Positions 8,934-17,987 are shown, counted from the stretch's first letter. The stretch is 39,901 nucleotides of DNA from Sumerlaeia bacterium (GCA_040219255.1 JAVJSW010000017.1:1-39901); one strand, 5' to 3'. Numbers and translations: made by a program. The notes: generated by a model from the letters alone, not told the origin.

Positions 8934-9533
8934 ATGACACCTGCGCAATTCAGGCGGCCGCTGCTTGCCCATTTCCTTTTGGGCCTCCTCTTTCTCGCCC
9001 CTCTCCCGGCCGGAGGCCAGAGCTGGGTCGTCGCCGGACTCGAGGACCCGGACGGTGATGGCCTCTCTTCTCGCCTCGAGGAACGCCTCGGCCTTGATCC
9101 CGGTCTCGACGACAGTGATGGCGACGGGATTCTCGATGGCGACGAAGACTCCGACGAAGACGGCCTCACCAACCTGGAAGAACTGGCCCTCGGCCTCGAC
9201 CCCGGCGAGCCCGACACCGATGGCGACCGCGTCCCCGACGGCGAAGAAATCGACCGCGGTCTCGACCCTCTGGCCTATGACTCCGATTCCGACGGCTTCA
9301 GCGACGGAGAGGAAACCGAGGATGGCTCGGATCCGCTCCTCGCCCAAAGCGTCCCGATCTTCAACGACGTCCTTGTATTCTCCATCCAGAACGCCACTGG
9401 ACAGTTCGCCGACAACGCTTCCTTCACTTTCAGTCTCGCCAACGAAGTTCACCCGGCTAGCGCCCTCGGGCGTATCGATGGCCCCTGTTTCACCATCGAA
9501 AACACTCCCCCTTCCGAGGACAAATCGCGATGA
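8934..9533 (+). CDS. Secreted protein with DxDGDG calcium-binding (thrombospondin type-3-like) repeats
   Basis: Signal peptide, five acidic repeats (DPDGDG, DSDGDG, DSDEDG, DTDGDR, DSDSDG) mostly followed by xxE...GLDP. Stop overlaps the next ATG (ATGA). Confidence 0.8.
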   Translation: MTPAQFRRPLLAHFLLGLLFLAPLPAGGQSWVVAGLEDPDGDGLSSRLEERLGLDPGLDDSDGDGILDGDEDSDEDGLTNLEELALGLDPGEPDTDGDRVPDGEEIDRGLDPLAYDSDSDGFSDGEETEDGSDPLLAQSVPIFNDVLVFSIQNATGQFADNASFTFSLANEVHPASALGRIDGPCFTIENTPPSEDKSR

Positions 9534-10849
9534 ATTTCCCCTCGACCTTCTGCCTGCTGGCCCTCCTTGCCGCCACCCCCGGCCTGTCCGCTGCCCAATC
9601 CTTCGACTCCGGCTCCGACGGATCGGATGGGGCCTTGGTCTTGAGCGGCGGAAGTTCCGGAGTCCCAATCATCTTTGATCCCGCCACCTTCGATCCGCCT
9701 CTCGATCCCGACGGCGACAACATCTACCATTTCACGACCATCACGGTCGAAGCAGACTCCTATATCCGCCTGCGGTCCCAGGAATTGGGAAGCCTCCCCG
9801 TGGTCTGGCTCGCCCAGGGCGATGTCGTCATCGACGGCACCCTTGACTTGAGCGGCGAGGAAAGCAATATGGGAGGCTTAAGTCTCAATGGCAGAGGCGG
9901 GGCCGGAGGCTTTGACGGTGGCCGCGGCGGCACCGGTTCGACCCAGGGAAGACCCGGCGCAGGACCCGGTGGCGGCGGTGTCGCTCCTCCGGCCGGAGAA
10001 GACGATTTCGTCGTGACCTCCGGCAGTGCCGGCCACGTCTTCAGCCTGCGCGGCGAAAACGGCGAAGGTCTTGGCGGCCTCAGCTATGGCAACCGCTACC
10101 TGATCCCCCTCCTTGGCGGTTCCGGTGGAGGTGGTTCTCCTCGATACACCTCACCGGATCCCGGGGTTACTATCAACGGCGCCGGTGGCGGCGGCGCTCT
10201 CCTCATTGCCAGTTCGACCAGGATCAACCTCAATGAGGGCGGCGGCCGGATTCTTGCCACTGGTGGCGACGGTTTCTGGGTTCAAGACACGAGTCCTTTC
10301 GTTGAGTTCTCGGAAACCGGCTCTGGCGCTGGCAGTGGCGGCTCCGTCCGCCTGATTGCTCCGACGCTGCGCGCCCATGGCTCTATCAACGTCAACGGCG
10401 GAACCACCTACAACGCCACAGCCAGCCGGGGACGCGTTTCCTTGGAAGCGTTCGACTTCGACATGGATAACCTCCCCTATGAGCATGCCCAGCTCCGCCG
10501 CCCCACCGAAGTTTTCCCCCAAATCCCCGTATCTGTCCGCGTCACCAGCATCGACGGCGTCCCCGTCCCCGCCAATCCCGCCGCCGGCATCGTTGTGCCG
10601 GATGTCACGGTAAACAACCCCGGACCCATGACCGTCGGCTTCGAGGCGCGCTTCGTTCCCCCAGGAACCACCGTCACCCTGCGATTTGCATCGGAAGACA
10701 ACGCTCCCTTGGAGGTCGCCTCCACGCCCCTCGAAGGCACCATGGAGCTCTCCACCGCCACCGCGACCGTCACCCTGCCGCGCGGCTTCGCCATCGCCTC
10801 GGTCCACGCCATGTGGAACCCGATGCGGAAGGCTGGTCCCGCGGAGTAG
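9530..10849 (+). CDS. Secreted glycine-rich hypothetical protein with C-terminal beta-sandwich-like domain
   Basis: Signal peptide ending LSAA|Q, FDSGSDGSDGAL N-terminus, several GGxG/GGGG tracts separated by beta-strand-like segments. Confidence 0.8.
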   Translation: MNFPSTFCLLALLAATPGLSAAQSFDSGSDGSDGALVLSGGSSGVPIIFDPATFDPPLDPDGDNIYHFTTITVEADSYIRLRSQELGSLPVVWLAQGDVVIDGTLDLSGEESNMGGLSLNGRGGAGGFDGGRGGTGSTQGRPGAGPGGGGVAPPAGEDDFVVTSGSAGHVFSLRGENGEGLGGLSYGNRYLIPLLGGSGGGGSPRYTSPDPGVTINGAGGGGALLIASSTRINLNEGGGRILATGGDGFWVQDTSPFVEFSETGSGAGSGGSVRLIAPTLRAHGSINVNGGTTYNATASRGRVSLEAFDFDMDNLPYEHAQLRRPTEVFPQIPVSVRVTSIDGVPVPANPAAGIVVPDVTVNNPGPMTVGFEARFVPPGTTVTLRFASEDNAPLEVASTPLEGTMELSTATATVTLPRGFAIASVHAMWNPMRKAGPAE

Positions 10850-11075
10850 CAACCCGTTCGCGAAGCCGGCTACTCCTCCGAACCGCAGACAATGCAGGTG
10901 ATGCACTTTTTGGGGCCAGGACATGGGTTAAACTTTCACCTCGTCAGGTCATATTCTCTGGGTCAAGGGTGGCGTCGGTCACGACCGGGCGAAGCGGCGA
11001 GAGCGCCTCGGTCCCGCTTGACCAGCCACCCGCAACTGTGCAGTCTGAGTGTGTTGTTCAAGGAGGCAGCCTGCG

Positions 11076-11324
11076 ATGAAGATGACCTTTGTCGAGCTTC
11101 GCCGTGATCCCGCCAAATTGATGGAAGCCCTCGAACGGAACGAGGAGGTGACCCTGTCGCGGCGCGGCCGGGAAGTCGCTCGCGTGATCCCCTCCGGTCA
11201 GCCCGCCGTCGGCGCCGAAGTCAAGAACCACCCCGCCTTTGGCATGTGGGCCGATCGCGACGACGCCGCCGATCCCGCTGCCTACGTCCGGAACCTCCGC
11301 AAGGGCCGCTTCGTTGATCTTTGA
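11076..11324 (+). CDS. vapB: Phd/YefM-family antitoxin (VapB-like)
   Basis: MKMTFVELRRDPAKLMEALERNEEVTLSRRGREVARVIP, AGGAGG RBS, PAFGMWADR..YVRNLRKGR tail, overlaps the PIN gene. Confidence 0.85.
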   Translation: MKMTFVELRRDPAKLMEALERNEEVTLSRRGREVARVIPSGQPAVGAEVKNHPAFGMWADRDDAADPAAYVRNLRKGRFVDL

Positions 11325-11694
11325 CACCGACGTGTTGATCTGGTGCCTGCGCGGAAACCCGCGAGCCGCGAAGGTCATCGACTCGGCCAAAAGCCGCGCG
11401 ATCTCGGTGGTCAGCTACATGGAGTTGATGCAGGGCGCCCGCAATCGCCGCGAGGCGACCATGATCCGTTCCTTCCTCAAGGATCTCGGCTTTCAGACCC
11501 TGCCTCTCACCGAGGCTGTCGGCCACCGCGCGACCGTTTACATCGAGGAATATGCCCTGAAGTCTGGTCTGATGCTCGCCGACGCATTGGTGGCTGGCAC
11601 GGCCGTCGAAGCCCACGAACCGCTGTGCAGCGGCAACGCGAAGCACTTCCGCAGCATCACCGAGCTGGAGTTGAAGGCGTTCAAACCGGAGTAG
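11314..11694 (+). CDS. vapC: PIN-domain toxin (VapC)
   Basis: TTG start MIFDTDVLI, SVVSYMEL, ADALVAGTA, SGNAKHF. 126 aa, overlaps the antitoxin stop. Confidence 0.9.
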   Translation: MIFDTDVLIWCLRGNPRAAKVIDSAKSRAISVVSYMELMQGARNRREATMIRSFLKDLGFQTLPLTEAVGHRATVYIEEYALKSGLMLADALVAGTAVEAHEPLCSGNAKHFRSITELELKAFKPE

Positions 11695-11938
11695 GCTCAT
11701 TCTGGCTTCACCTCCCGGCCCTTCTTCGGCAGCGTCGTTGCCCGGTCGGCAGGCGTCGTTTCCGTCCCCTCGTCCCTTTGCGCCGATTTCTATGAGGGTT
11801 CACGTTGCGGAGCCAGCGCCGATCACGGAGGACGCCCTCCTCCAACGTGTGAAACTCATTGCAATCCACTCATTGCTCCGCTCTCATCCCTCCGACTTCA
11901 ACGACCAATCTGCCTACGGCAGACAAAGGACGATTCCG

Positions 11939-14074
11939 ATGATTCTCTCACGGCTAACACCCGCGCTGGGCTTGGGCTCGGTGCCGGCATTGAGCGCCTG
12001 GGCCCAAGCCCAGGTGGTGATTGTGGACAACAGCGACGCCGAGTTCGCGACCGCTGGCACCGGCTGGTTCGCCTCGGCGAACGTCGGCGCGGTGGGGGCG
12101 AACAGCCTCCTGAACGCGTCGGGCACGGGCACGGCGACGGCGACCTGGGCCCCGGATTTGCCCTCGGCTGGGCTTTACGATGTGTATGCGTGGTGGGTGC
12201 CGTCGGGCAATCGCACCGTGGCCGCGCCCTTTACCGTGACCCACGCGGGCGGCACCAGCACCGTGCTGGCCAATCAGGAAGGCGACGGCGATCATTGGAA
12301 TTTCCTGGGCCGGTGGGAATTCGCCGCCGGTACCGGCGGCAATGTCTCCGTCTCGGACGCTATCCCGGAAGCCGGACTCGGCGACCCAGGGAACCACTTT
12401 GTTTCCGCCGACGCGGTGCGGTTCGAGTTCGCCGGCGGCGCCGCCCCCGCGGCCAACGCGGCGCTGGTTTCGGCCGGCAGCCTGGAGCCGTGTAACCTCT
12501 GCTCCGCCAGTGTCTTGCCCGGCGCCCTCGAACCTCATCCAGAGAGCACCTACCTGATCGTCAGCGACATGCCCGAGGCCTTTGGCTATCCCAGCAGCGG
12601 CCCCACCACCCGCAGCGACGGCATCCTCTACACCACCAGCGGCACCCTGCCCTCCTATGAAGGCACGAACGCCGCGCCCTACGACGTGCAGGTGAACAGC
12701 GGCTTTACCACCATCGACGACGATTTCGACATCTTCCTGTTCCACATCGCCCAGCCCGGCGACACCTCGGCGCCGCGCCGCATCGTGATTTACGCCCGCA
12801 ACGAAGGCGCCAACAGCGTCGATGTCACGCCCGATCAGGTTCTCGTCACCGACGGCGTCATCGGCAATGTGCACGAAATGGAGTCGAACCTGGCCGAGGA
12901 CTTCATCGAAGGCAATTTCGACGCCACCGGCCTCGGCACCGTGTCCATCGCGCCCGGCGCGGGCGAGGTGATCGGCTTTTCGAAAAAATTCGCGCTCCTG
13001 GGCAATGGCACCTTCAAGAGCCAGAACATCAACTGCTTCGGCAAACTGCGCGGCACCGTCGCCGGGGTGGACCCGGACCTGACGCTGTACATCGTGGCCA
13101 TCGACACCACCAACACCGATGTGGCGCCGAATGTGGCGACGATGAAGAGCGAGGCCGAGAGCCTGATCGCCGGCAACATTGGCGCCCCCGAGCTGGAATC
13201 CTTCGCCTTCAACACCTCGCCCACGGGCTGTACCCTGCGCCGCTCCACCGGCGTTTACCCGCACGAGGTCTGGCGCTCGAACTTCGATTTCGACCTGAAC
13301 ACGCTGCCCGGCGGCGCCACGTTCCAGATTGGCCTGGACGACGTGCGCACCGATGGCTGCCCGGATATGAGCCAGACCAGCGAAGCCCTCCTCGCGCCCC
13401 TTTACCTGCGCCAGGAAAGCATCGGCAACTACATGATGGATTACCGCCTGGAAGTCCGCGTGCAGAACAGCGACGCCGTGGCCCGCGAGTTCGACCTGCA
13501 GTTCGGCAACACCGCCGCCGACATCGGTCTCGCCTGGCAGGTTACGACCAACACGCTTTCCGCCGCCGACGCCTTTGTGGATATCATGCCGGTCACGACG
13601 CGCTGGGCCGGGCCGAATCAGGCGAACCTGACCGAGTCCTTCCTCGCCGCGCCGTTCAGCCTCAACCCCGGCGAAGTCGCCTTCGTCAACCTGCGGTTCC
13701 AGATCCTCGGCAACTCCTCGACCCCCTTCCAGATCGCCATCCCCGACACCCGCGGCCCGGCCTTTGACCGCGTCGTAGCCACCCCCGCCACCATCGGCGC
13801 CAGCGAAGCCACCACCCTGGGCTTCCTCGCCTCCGAGACCCCCGCCGCCAACCCGGCGGTCACCGTCAATGGCGGCGCGGCGGCCTTCTCCAGCGCCAGC
13901 CACCCCAACTACAGCTACACCTTCACCACCGGAGCCACCCCCGCCAACGGCCCCGCCACCCTCGTCCTCAGCGGCCAAGACGCCCTCGCCAACGCGGGCG
14001 AGGACACCGACACCTCGGCCCTGACGATCAGCACCAACGCCCGGATTCGGGGGGATTGGGAGGTTTTGGAGTAG
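11939..14074 (+). CDS. Large secreted multidomain protein: golvesin/Xly-like beta-sandwich, central domain (possibly DUF3370-like), C-terminal Ig-like domain
   Basis: Signal peptide (AWAQA|Q), VIVDNSD...ATWAPDLPSAGLYDVYAWW...SADAVRF golvesin-type signature, central GNYMMDYRLEV, ends RIRGDWEVLE. Confidence 0.75.
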   Translation: MILSRLTPALGLGSVPALSAWAQAQVVIVDNSDAEFATAGTGWFASANVGAVGANSLLNASGTGTATATWAPDLPSAGLYDVYAWWVPSGNRTVAAPFTVTHAGGTSTVLANQEGDGDHWNFLGRWEFAAGTGGNVSVSDAIPEAGLGDPGNHFVSADAVRFEFAGGAAPAANAALVSAGSLEPCNLCSASVLPGALEPHPESTYLIVSDMPEAFGYPSSGPTTRSDGILYTTSGTLPSYEGTNAAPYDVQVNSGFTTIDDDFDIFLFHIAQPGDTSAPRRIVIYARNEGANSVDVTPDQVLVTDGVIGNVHEMESNLAEDFIEGNFDATGLGTVSIAPGAGEVIGFSKKFALLGNGTFKSQNINCFGKLRGTVAGVDPDLTLYIVAIDTTNTDVAPNVATMKSEAESLIAGNIGAPELESFAFNTSPTGCTLRRSTGVYPHEVWRSNFDFDLNTLPGGATFQIGLDDVRTDGCPDMSQTSEALLAPLYLRQESIGNYMMDYRLEVRVQNSDAVAREFDLQFGNTAADIGLAWQVTTNTLSAADAFVDIMPVTTRWAGPNQANLTESFLAAPFSLNPGEVAFVNLRFQILGNSSTPFQIAIPDTRGPAFDRVVATPATIGASEATTLGFLASETPAANPAVTVNGGAAAFSSASHPNYSYTFTTGATPANGPATLVLSGQDALANAGEDTDTSALTISTNARIRGDWEVLE

Positions 14075-14395
14075 GGGGCGAAGAATTCGATAGAGTGGAG
14101 CTGGCAGGCATCATGGTCCAGCGAGCAATTTGGATCGACAATCCAGCGCCAAGCATCTCTGGGGTTCGCTGGATGAGCTCTGGATTTGTCTTGAGCGAAC
14201 TCCCCAGCTTCCATGGGCTTCGGGCGGGCCGGTTGACAAGATGCAGCCTTTGCTTCCGTCGCTCCGGTCAGTTGGGATTTTTCTAAGATTTTTGGGCGCG
14301 CGCTTGGCGCAAAATAAACACCGCTTCTCGCTTGGCACTTCCAACGCGCTACCGTCCTGTCATCTCAGTCCCAAAAACCACCCAAGGAAAAATTT

Positions 14396-14830
14396 ATGAA
14401 TTCTCGAAATATCCAGCGTCTTGTGCGCCGTTCGCCCCTCGCGGCGTTCGGACTGATCTTCGGGCTGTTTCTGGTCGCGTTTTCGCTCGAACTGGGCGCC
14501 ACCAAGGCGGATGCCTTGGTTATGCCCACATGCCCTCCGGAATACATGAACGTTTGCGACGGCAACTACGCCTGCAATAGTAATACCGCTCAGGGCGGAT
14601 GGTGTCTGTCGGTCGGAATTGCCCCGTTCGCCGTTTGCGTCGGGGTTTGCCCCGACTACTGCGTCAGCACGGATACCTACGATGAATGCGAAGCCTTTAC
14701 CGATGGTCCTCCCGGATGTCCGCTCCCGTGTGACGGTTGCACCGGCGGCACCAAGTTCCGCTCGGCCAACAGTTGTTTGGGTGTCGCCGTCTGTACCTGC
14801 AACTACACCATTCCGCTCGGTGGATGCTAA
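14396..14830 (+). CDS. Small secreted cysteine-rich protein (15 Cys in the ~104-aa mature part)
   Basis: AAGGA RBS, basic N-region plus hydrophobic core and ADA cleavage site at residues 38-40, 15 Cys including CDGC and CTC, ends GGC*. Confidence 0.8.
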   Translation: MNSRNIQRLVRRSPLAAFGLIFGLFLVAFSLELGATKADALVMPTCPPEYMNVCDGNYACNSNTAQGGWCLSVGIAPFAVCVGVCPDYCVSTDTYDECEAFTDGPPGCPLPCDGCTGGTKFRSANSCLGVAVCTCNYTIPLGGC

Positions 14831-14935
14831 CACGTAGTCACCTTAACTTGATCCTCAGTAGGGCATCCAGGTAAGATTGTAATCGTTGTGCGGTTCAACA
14901 ACCGCAATTTGGATAAAGAAATTCTATTCTTCGCG

Positions 14936-14965
14936 GGGAAGCCTCATCGTCAGGCTTCCCTTTTT
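14936..14965 (+). terminator. Intrinsic terminator between the Cys-rich gene and its partner
   Basis: GGGAAGCCT-CATCGTC-AGGCTTCCC (perfect 9-bp stem) + TTTTT, ending 15 nt before ATG 14981. Confidence 0.75.
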
Positions 14966-14980
14966 AGTTAGGACGAACAC

Positions 14981-16267
14981 ATGAACAGGCTTTCCCTCAC
15001 CTTTGCATGTTGCACCATTTTCGTGATGCTCCAATGCTCCGCATACGCGATGCCCAGTGCTGATTTTTTCGAGGATCTCCTTCTGGCGCGCGACAGCGAA
15101 AGCAAATCGTTTCGAGCCAATTACCAGATCAAGCAAACAGGAAACGACGACGAATCTTACAACCTGGAAGAGAATCATTCCGCTCTTTTCTTTGAAGATG
15201 ACTATAGGATATCCAGGCAATACGATTACTCCGATGGTGTGAAAATCGAAATTCTGGCCTACGTCGCGGGTGTCTACAGCACCTTTCTCACCGGCGATCA
15301 TGTGAACGAAAGAAGTCACGCGGCGGGCATTATCGGATGGAAGGATAGGCCGATTCCGGAAGGGGCCTATCTCGATCCCAGGATAATCTGGGGACATTTT
15401 CAAGGGAAGTCGGTGCGGAAATGGTTGGAGAGATTGGACCGGAGATCCGTTCGCCAGGAAGAGGATGCCTATATCTTCTCCATCTCGTCGGATGAAAGCG
15501 GGGAAAGAATCGACTATCACTTCTCGCCGGACTTCGGCCATATCGACGCCTTGCTGTATGGCTATCACGCGGGGGAGAAAATGGGTGTGTTGGAACATCT
15601 CGATGCCTCAAAAAAAGAAGCCGTCAGGCGGCAGTTCATTGTGAACGAAGCCGTAAGCTTCGAAGATTTCGAAACCATAGACTCGGTATCGATACCTACA
15701 TTAGTGACTCGAGGGGTCTATGGACCGGCCAAGCAAGAGGCATCGCGAAGAAGCGCCATCTCCGGAAGACTACAGGCGAATCCGGAAAGCCTGGATTCGG
15801 CAACGATTAAGGAAATCATCGAACTGAATTTTCTTGGCTCCCGCGAATTGATCATGCAGCAAGAAATGGTGTTCACACCCAATTCCATCAAGGTCAACCA
15901 GCCGATCGCCGTCGAAGAAATCGCCATCGAGTTCCCAGAAGGCACCAGCGTCCGAGACAACATCGCCGGAATTGGCTACAAGGTTGGCGAGTCTCCCCGT
16001 CTGCCTCTGGCGGAACTGGCCAAACGAGGGGCGGATGCGCCTGCTGAGGTCGCGGCGGCCGTGCAGGAAAACGATGAAGCTCCGGACGTGCAAAGCTCGG
16101 GCGCGAATAGCGAAGAAAACGAAAAAGCGAGCGCCGCCGTCAGGCGGGACGATACTCCCAAGGGCAATGGTCGATCGGGGCTTATGAGATACATCGTGGC
16201 CGCGCTTGGTTGTGTGATCATTGGGCTGAGCATCGTTCGGTTGACTAAATCCAAGACTCGAGAGTGA
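14981..16267 (+). CDS. Signal-peptide protein with LolA-like hallmarks, low-complexity linker and C-terminal TM anchor
   Basis: Signal peptide (SAYA|M), ILAYVAG, FEDFETIDSVSIPT, KVNQPI..EFPEGTSVRD, acidic/Ala linker, YIVAALGCVIIGLSIV + basic tail. The fold call is an inference. Confidence 0.7.
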   Translation: MNRLSLTFACCTIFVMLQCSAYAMPSADFFEDLLLARDSESKSFRANYQIKQTGNDDESYNLEENHSALFFEDDYRISRQYDYSDGVKIEILAYVAGVYSTFLTGDHVNERSHAAGIIGWKDRPIPEGAYLDPRIIWGHFQGKSVRKWLERLDRRSVRQEEDAYIFSISSDESGERIDYHFSPDFGHIDALLYGYHAGEKMGVLEHLDASKKEAVRRQFIVNEAVSFEDFETIDSVSIPTLVTRGVYGPAKQEASRRSAISGRLQANPESLDSATIKEIIELNFLGSRELIMQQEMVFTPNSIKVNQPIAVEEIAIEFPEGTSVRDNIAGIGYKVGESPRLPLAELAKRGADAPAEVAAAVQENDEAPDVQSSGANSEENEKASAAVRRDDTPKGNGRSGLMRYIVAALGCVIIGLSIVRLTKSKTRE

Positions 16268-16285
16268 TAGGAAGAGACCAAGACT

Positions 16286-17236
16286 ATGAAGCGACTCGCG
16301 ATTTGTTCTGCGATAATATGCATTGGCTTCGCAAATGTTTACGCCCAGCCAAAGCTTTCTATAGAAAGCCACATCGATTTTGGCGAAGTCGAAATCGGTG
16401 AGAACATGGAGCTGGTAATACCGGCAAAAAACGTGGGCGATCAAACTCTGGAATTACAGAGAGCTTCCAAGTCATGCGTCTGCACGGAAGTTACCGTCCC
16501 GAAAAGCACAATCGAACCCGGCGAAGAGATGCCCATAACGGTAGCGCTCGATCCTGAAAAAATTTCCGGTTCCCAGCGGACCGTTACCATTTCACTTTTC
16601 ACGAACGACCCCAAAAAGCTACACGCTGTCACCCTTGATTTCACTCTTGTGGAGCCCTACACTTATCGTCCCAAAGTTGTCGCCTTCGACGAGAATACGT
16701 CCAGGACAACCGTTCACATCTATAAAAGGGCCGGGAAAGACCTCACGGTCAAGACCGTGGAATCTTCTATCGATGGTGTCAGCCACAAACTATCGACGGG
16801 ACGCTCTGGCGAGATCGAAGTGGAATTCTTCTACTCCGGCGCAGAAATTGCCAAGAGCCTGGACGGTGTAACCACCATCCGGTTCCAAGAGGATGTTCCC
16901 AATCTAGAGATTCAGACAAAACTGATCAGCCCAAGCGAAATTATCTTCGCGCCGACTGTCGTACTCGTAAGTTTTAAATCCAGCGCAAACACGGAAGTTC
17001 ATGTAGCCTCTATCGAGCTGAATTCCAAGAATGAATTCGGCATCGTAAGTACGAAAGTGGAAAGCGGCTATCTCCGCGTCGAGCACGCAGAAGGTGCAAG
17101 TCGCGACCACAAGGTTCTTCTGTATTGGCAAGAAGGGCAGGTGCCCGAGACCTCACAGTTTATGAAGTCCAAGATTCTCATCACGACTTCCGTTCAAGAC
17201 GAGCCAATCGAACTGCCAATCTACTTTACACCGTAG
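16286..17236 (+). CDS. DUF1573-like (Ig/ASH-like) secreted protein
   Basis: Signal peptide, DFGEV...KNVGDQTLELQRASKSCVCTEV..TIEPGE...TNDP matches the DUF1573 pattern, followed by further beta-rich repeats. Confidence 0.82.
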   Translation: MKRLAICSAIICIGFANVYAQPKLSIESHIDFGEVEIGENMELVIPAKNVGDQTLELQRASKSCVCTEVTVPKSTIEPGEEMPITVALDPEKISGSQRTVTISLFTNDPKKLHAVTLDFTLVEPYTYRPKVVAFDENTSRTTVHIYKRAGKDLTVKTVESSIDGVSHKLSTGRSGEIEVEFFYSGAEIAKSLDGVTTIRFQEDVPNLEIQTKLISPSEIIFAPTVVLVSFKSSANTEVHVASIELNSKNEFGIVSTKVESGYLRVEHAEGASRDHKVLLYWQEGQVPETSQFMKSKILITTSVQDEPIELPIYFTP

Positions 17237-17516
17237 TGCCCGTGGCCTTGGGCCCCGATCTGGAATGCGCGACTGACAACTTTCTGAGCGGATGGCCGGT
17301 GTGCTTCATTTACCGCACAGGCGCACCGAAGGCTGCACAGCAAGAGGCGGAATCGTCACGAGCGGCTGACGATTCTTCAACCCTTCTCCAGTTTCGCCAC
17401 ATGCTGTCGAACTTTCCAACTCGTGTCCCAGGCCAAGTCGCCCGGAACCTTTCTTGTTACCTATCGTGGCAGGGATAGCTTTCCCACCCCCATCCACCCC
17501 ACGAAAGGCCCACACC

Positions 17517-17843
17517 ATGAGCACACGCAGCGAAGGCAACACCATACTGCGATACGACTTCGAGCCCGCCGTGGCTCGGCCCGAGGAACTGCGCGACGAA
17601 GGCGGCGTCTTTGTCGTCGAGAAAATCAACGGCGACGCCCACATCATCGTCGATGCCGGCCACGGCGATAACGTCCGCGCCGACGTCGAGAGCCATGCCC
17701 GCCGGGGCCAATGGGAGGAAACGGCCATCGGCAATCTCGCCTTCCGCGCCTTCTACACCGGCGACCGCATCTCCGCCGCCGGGCGCCGGGAAATCGTCGA
17801 GGAAATCCGCCGCGAGACCTCGCCCGCCTGCGGTCCGGGCTGA
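17517..17843 (+). CDS. Hypothetical protein (108 aa)
   Basis: AAAGG RBS-like sequence, genome-typical GC3-rich codons, globular-looking composition. Confidence 0.6.
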   Translation: MSTRSEGNTILRYDFEPAVARPEELRDEGGVFVVEKINGDAHIIVDAGHGDNVRADVESHARRGQWEETAIGNLAFRAFYTGDRISAAGRREIVEEIRRETSPACGPG

Positions 17844-17987
17844 GGCGCCGCCCGGGCCGGGGCGCTCCTGGCTCTATGAAAACTTTATCGCAATGACCTT
17901 TTCCCCGGCCCCGCCCGCCCTTGACGTCGTGCTTCGCCCGCCCGCACCCTCCGCGCCATCGACTTCACCGCGCGGAGGCTTCCCGCC

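Noticed and set aside
9040-9340. Possible CRISPR or tandem DNA repeat
   Set aside because: The repetitiveness comes from protein-level DxDGDG repeats. There are no identical repeats with unique spacers anywhere in the window.
11954-13978. 674-aa minus-strand ORF, and similar long antisense ORFs over cls, prfA, the radical SAM gene, the GTs and ribD
   Set aside because: Mirror frames of well-supported genes, with no independent motifs.
14332-14348. Sigma54-like TTGGCAC...GC (GG-N10-GC) upstream of the Cys-rich gene
   Set aside because: The spacing fits but the -12 element is AACGC rather than TTGC, and no equivalent is seen at locus 2. Too weak to call.
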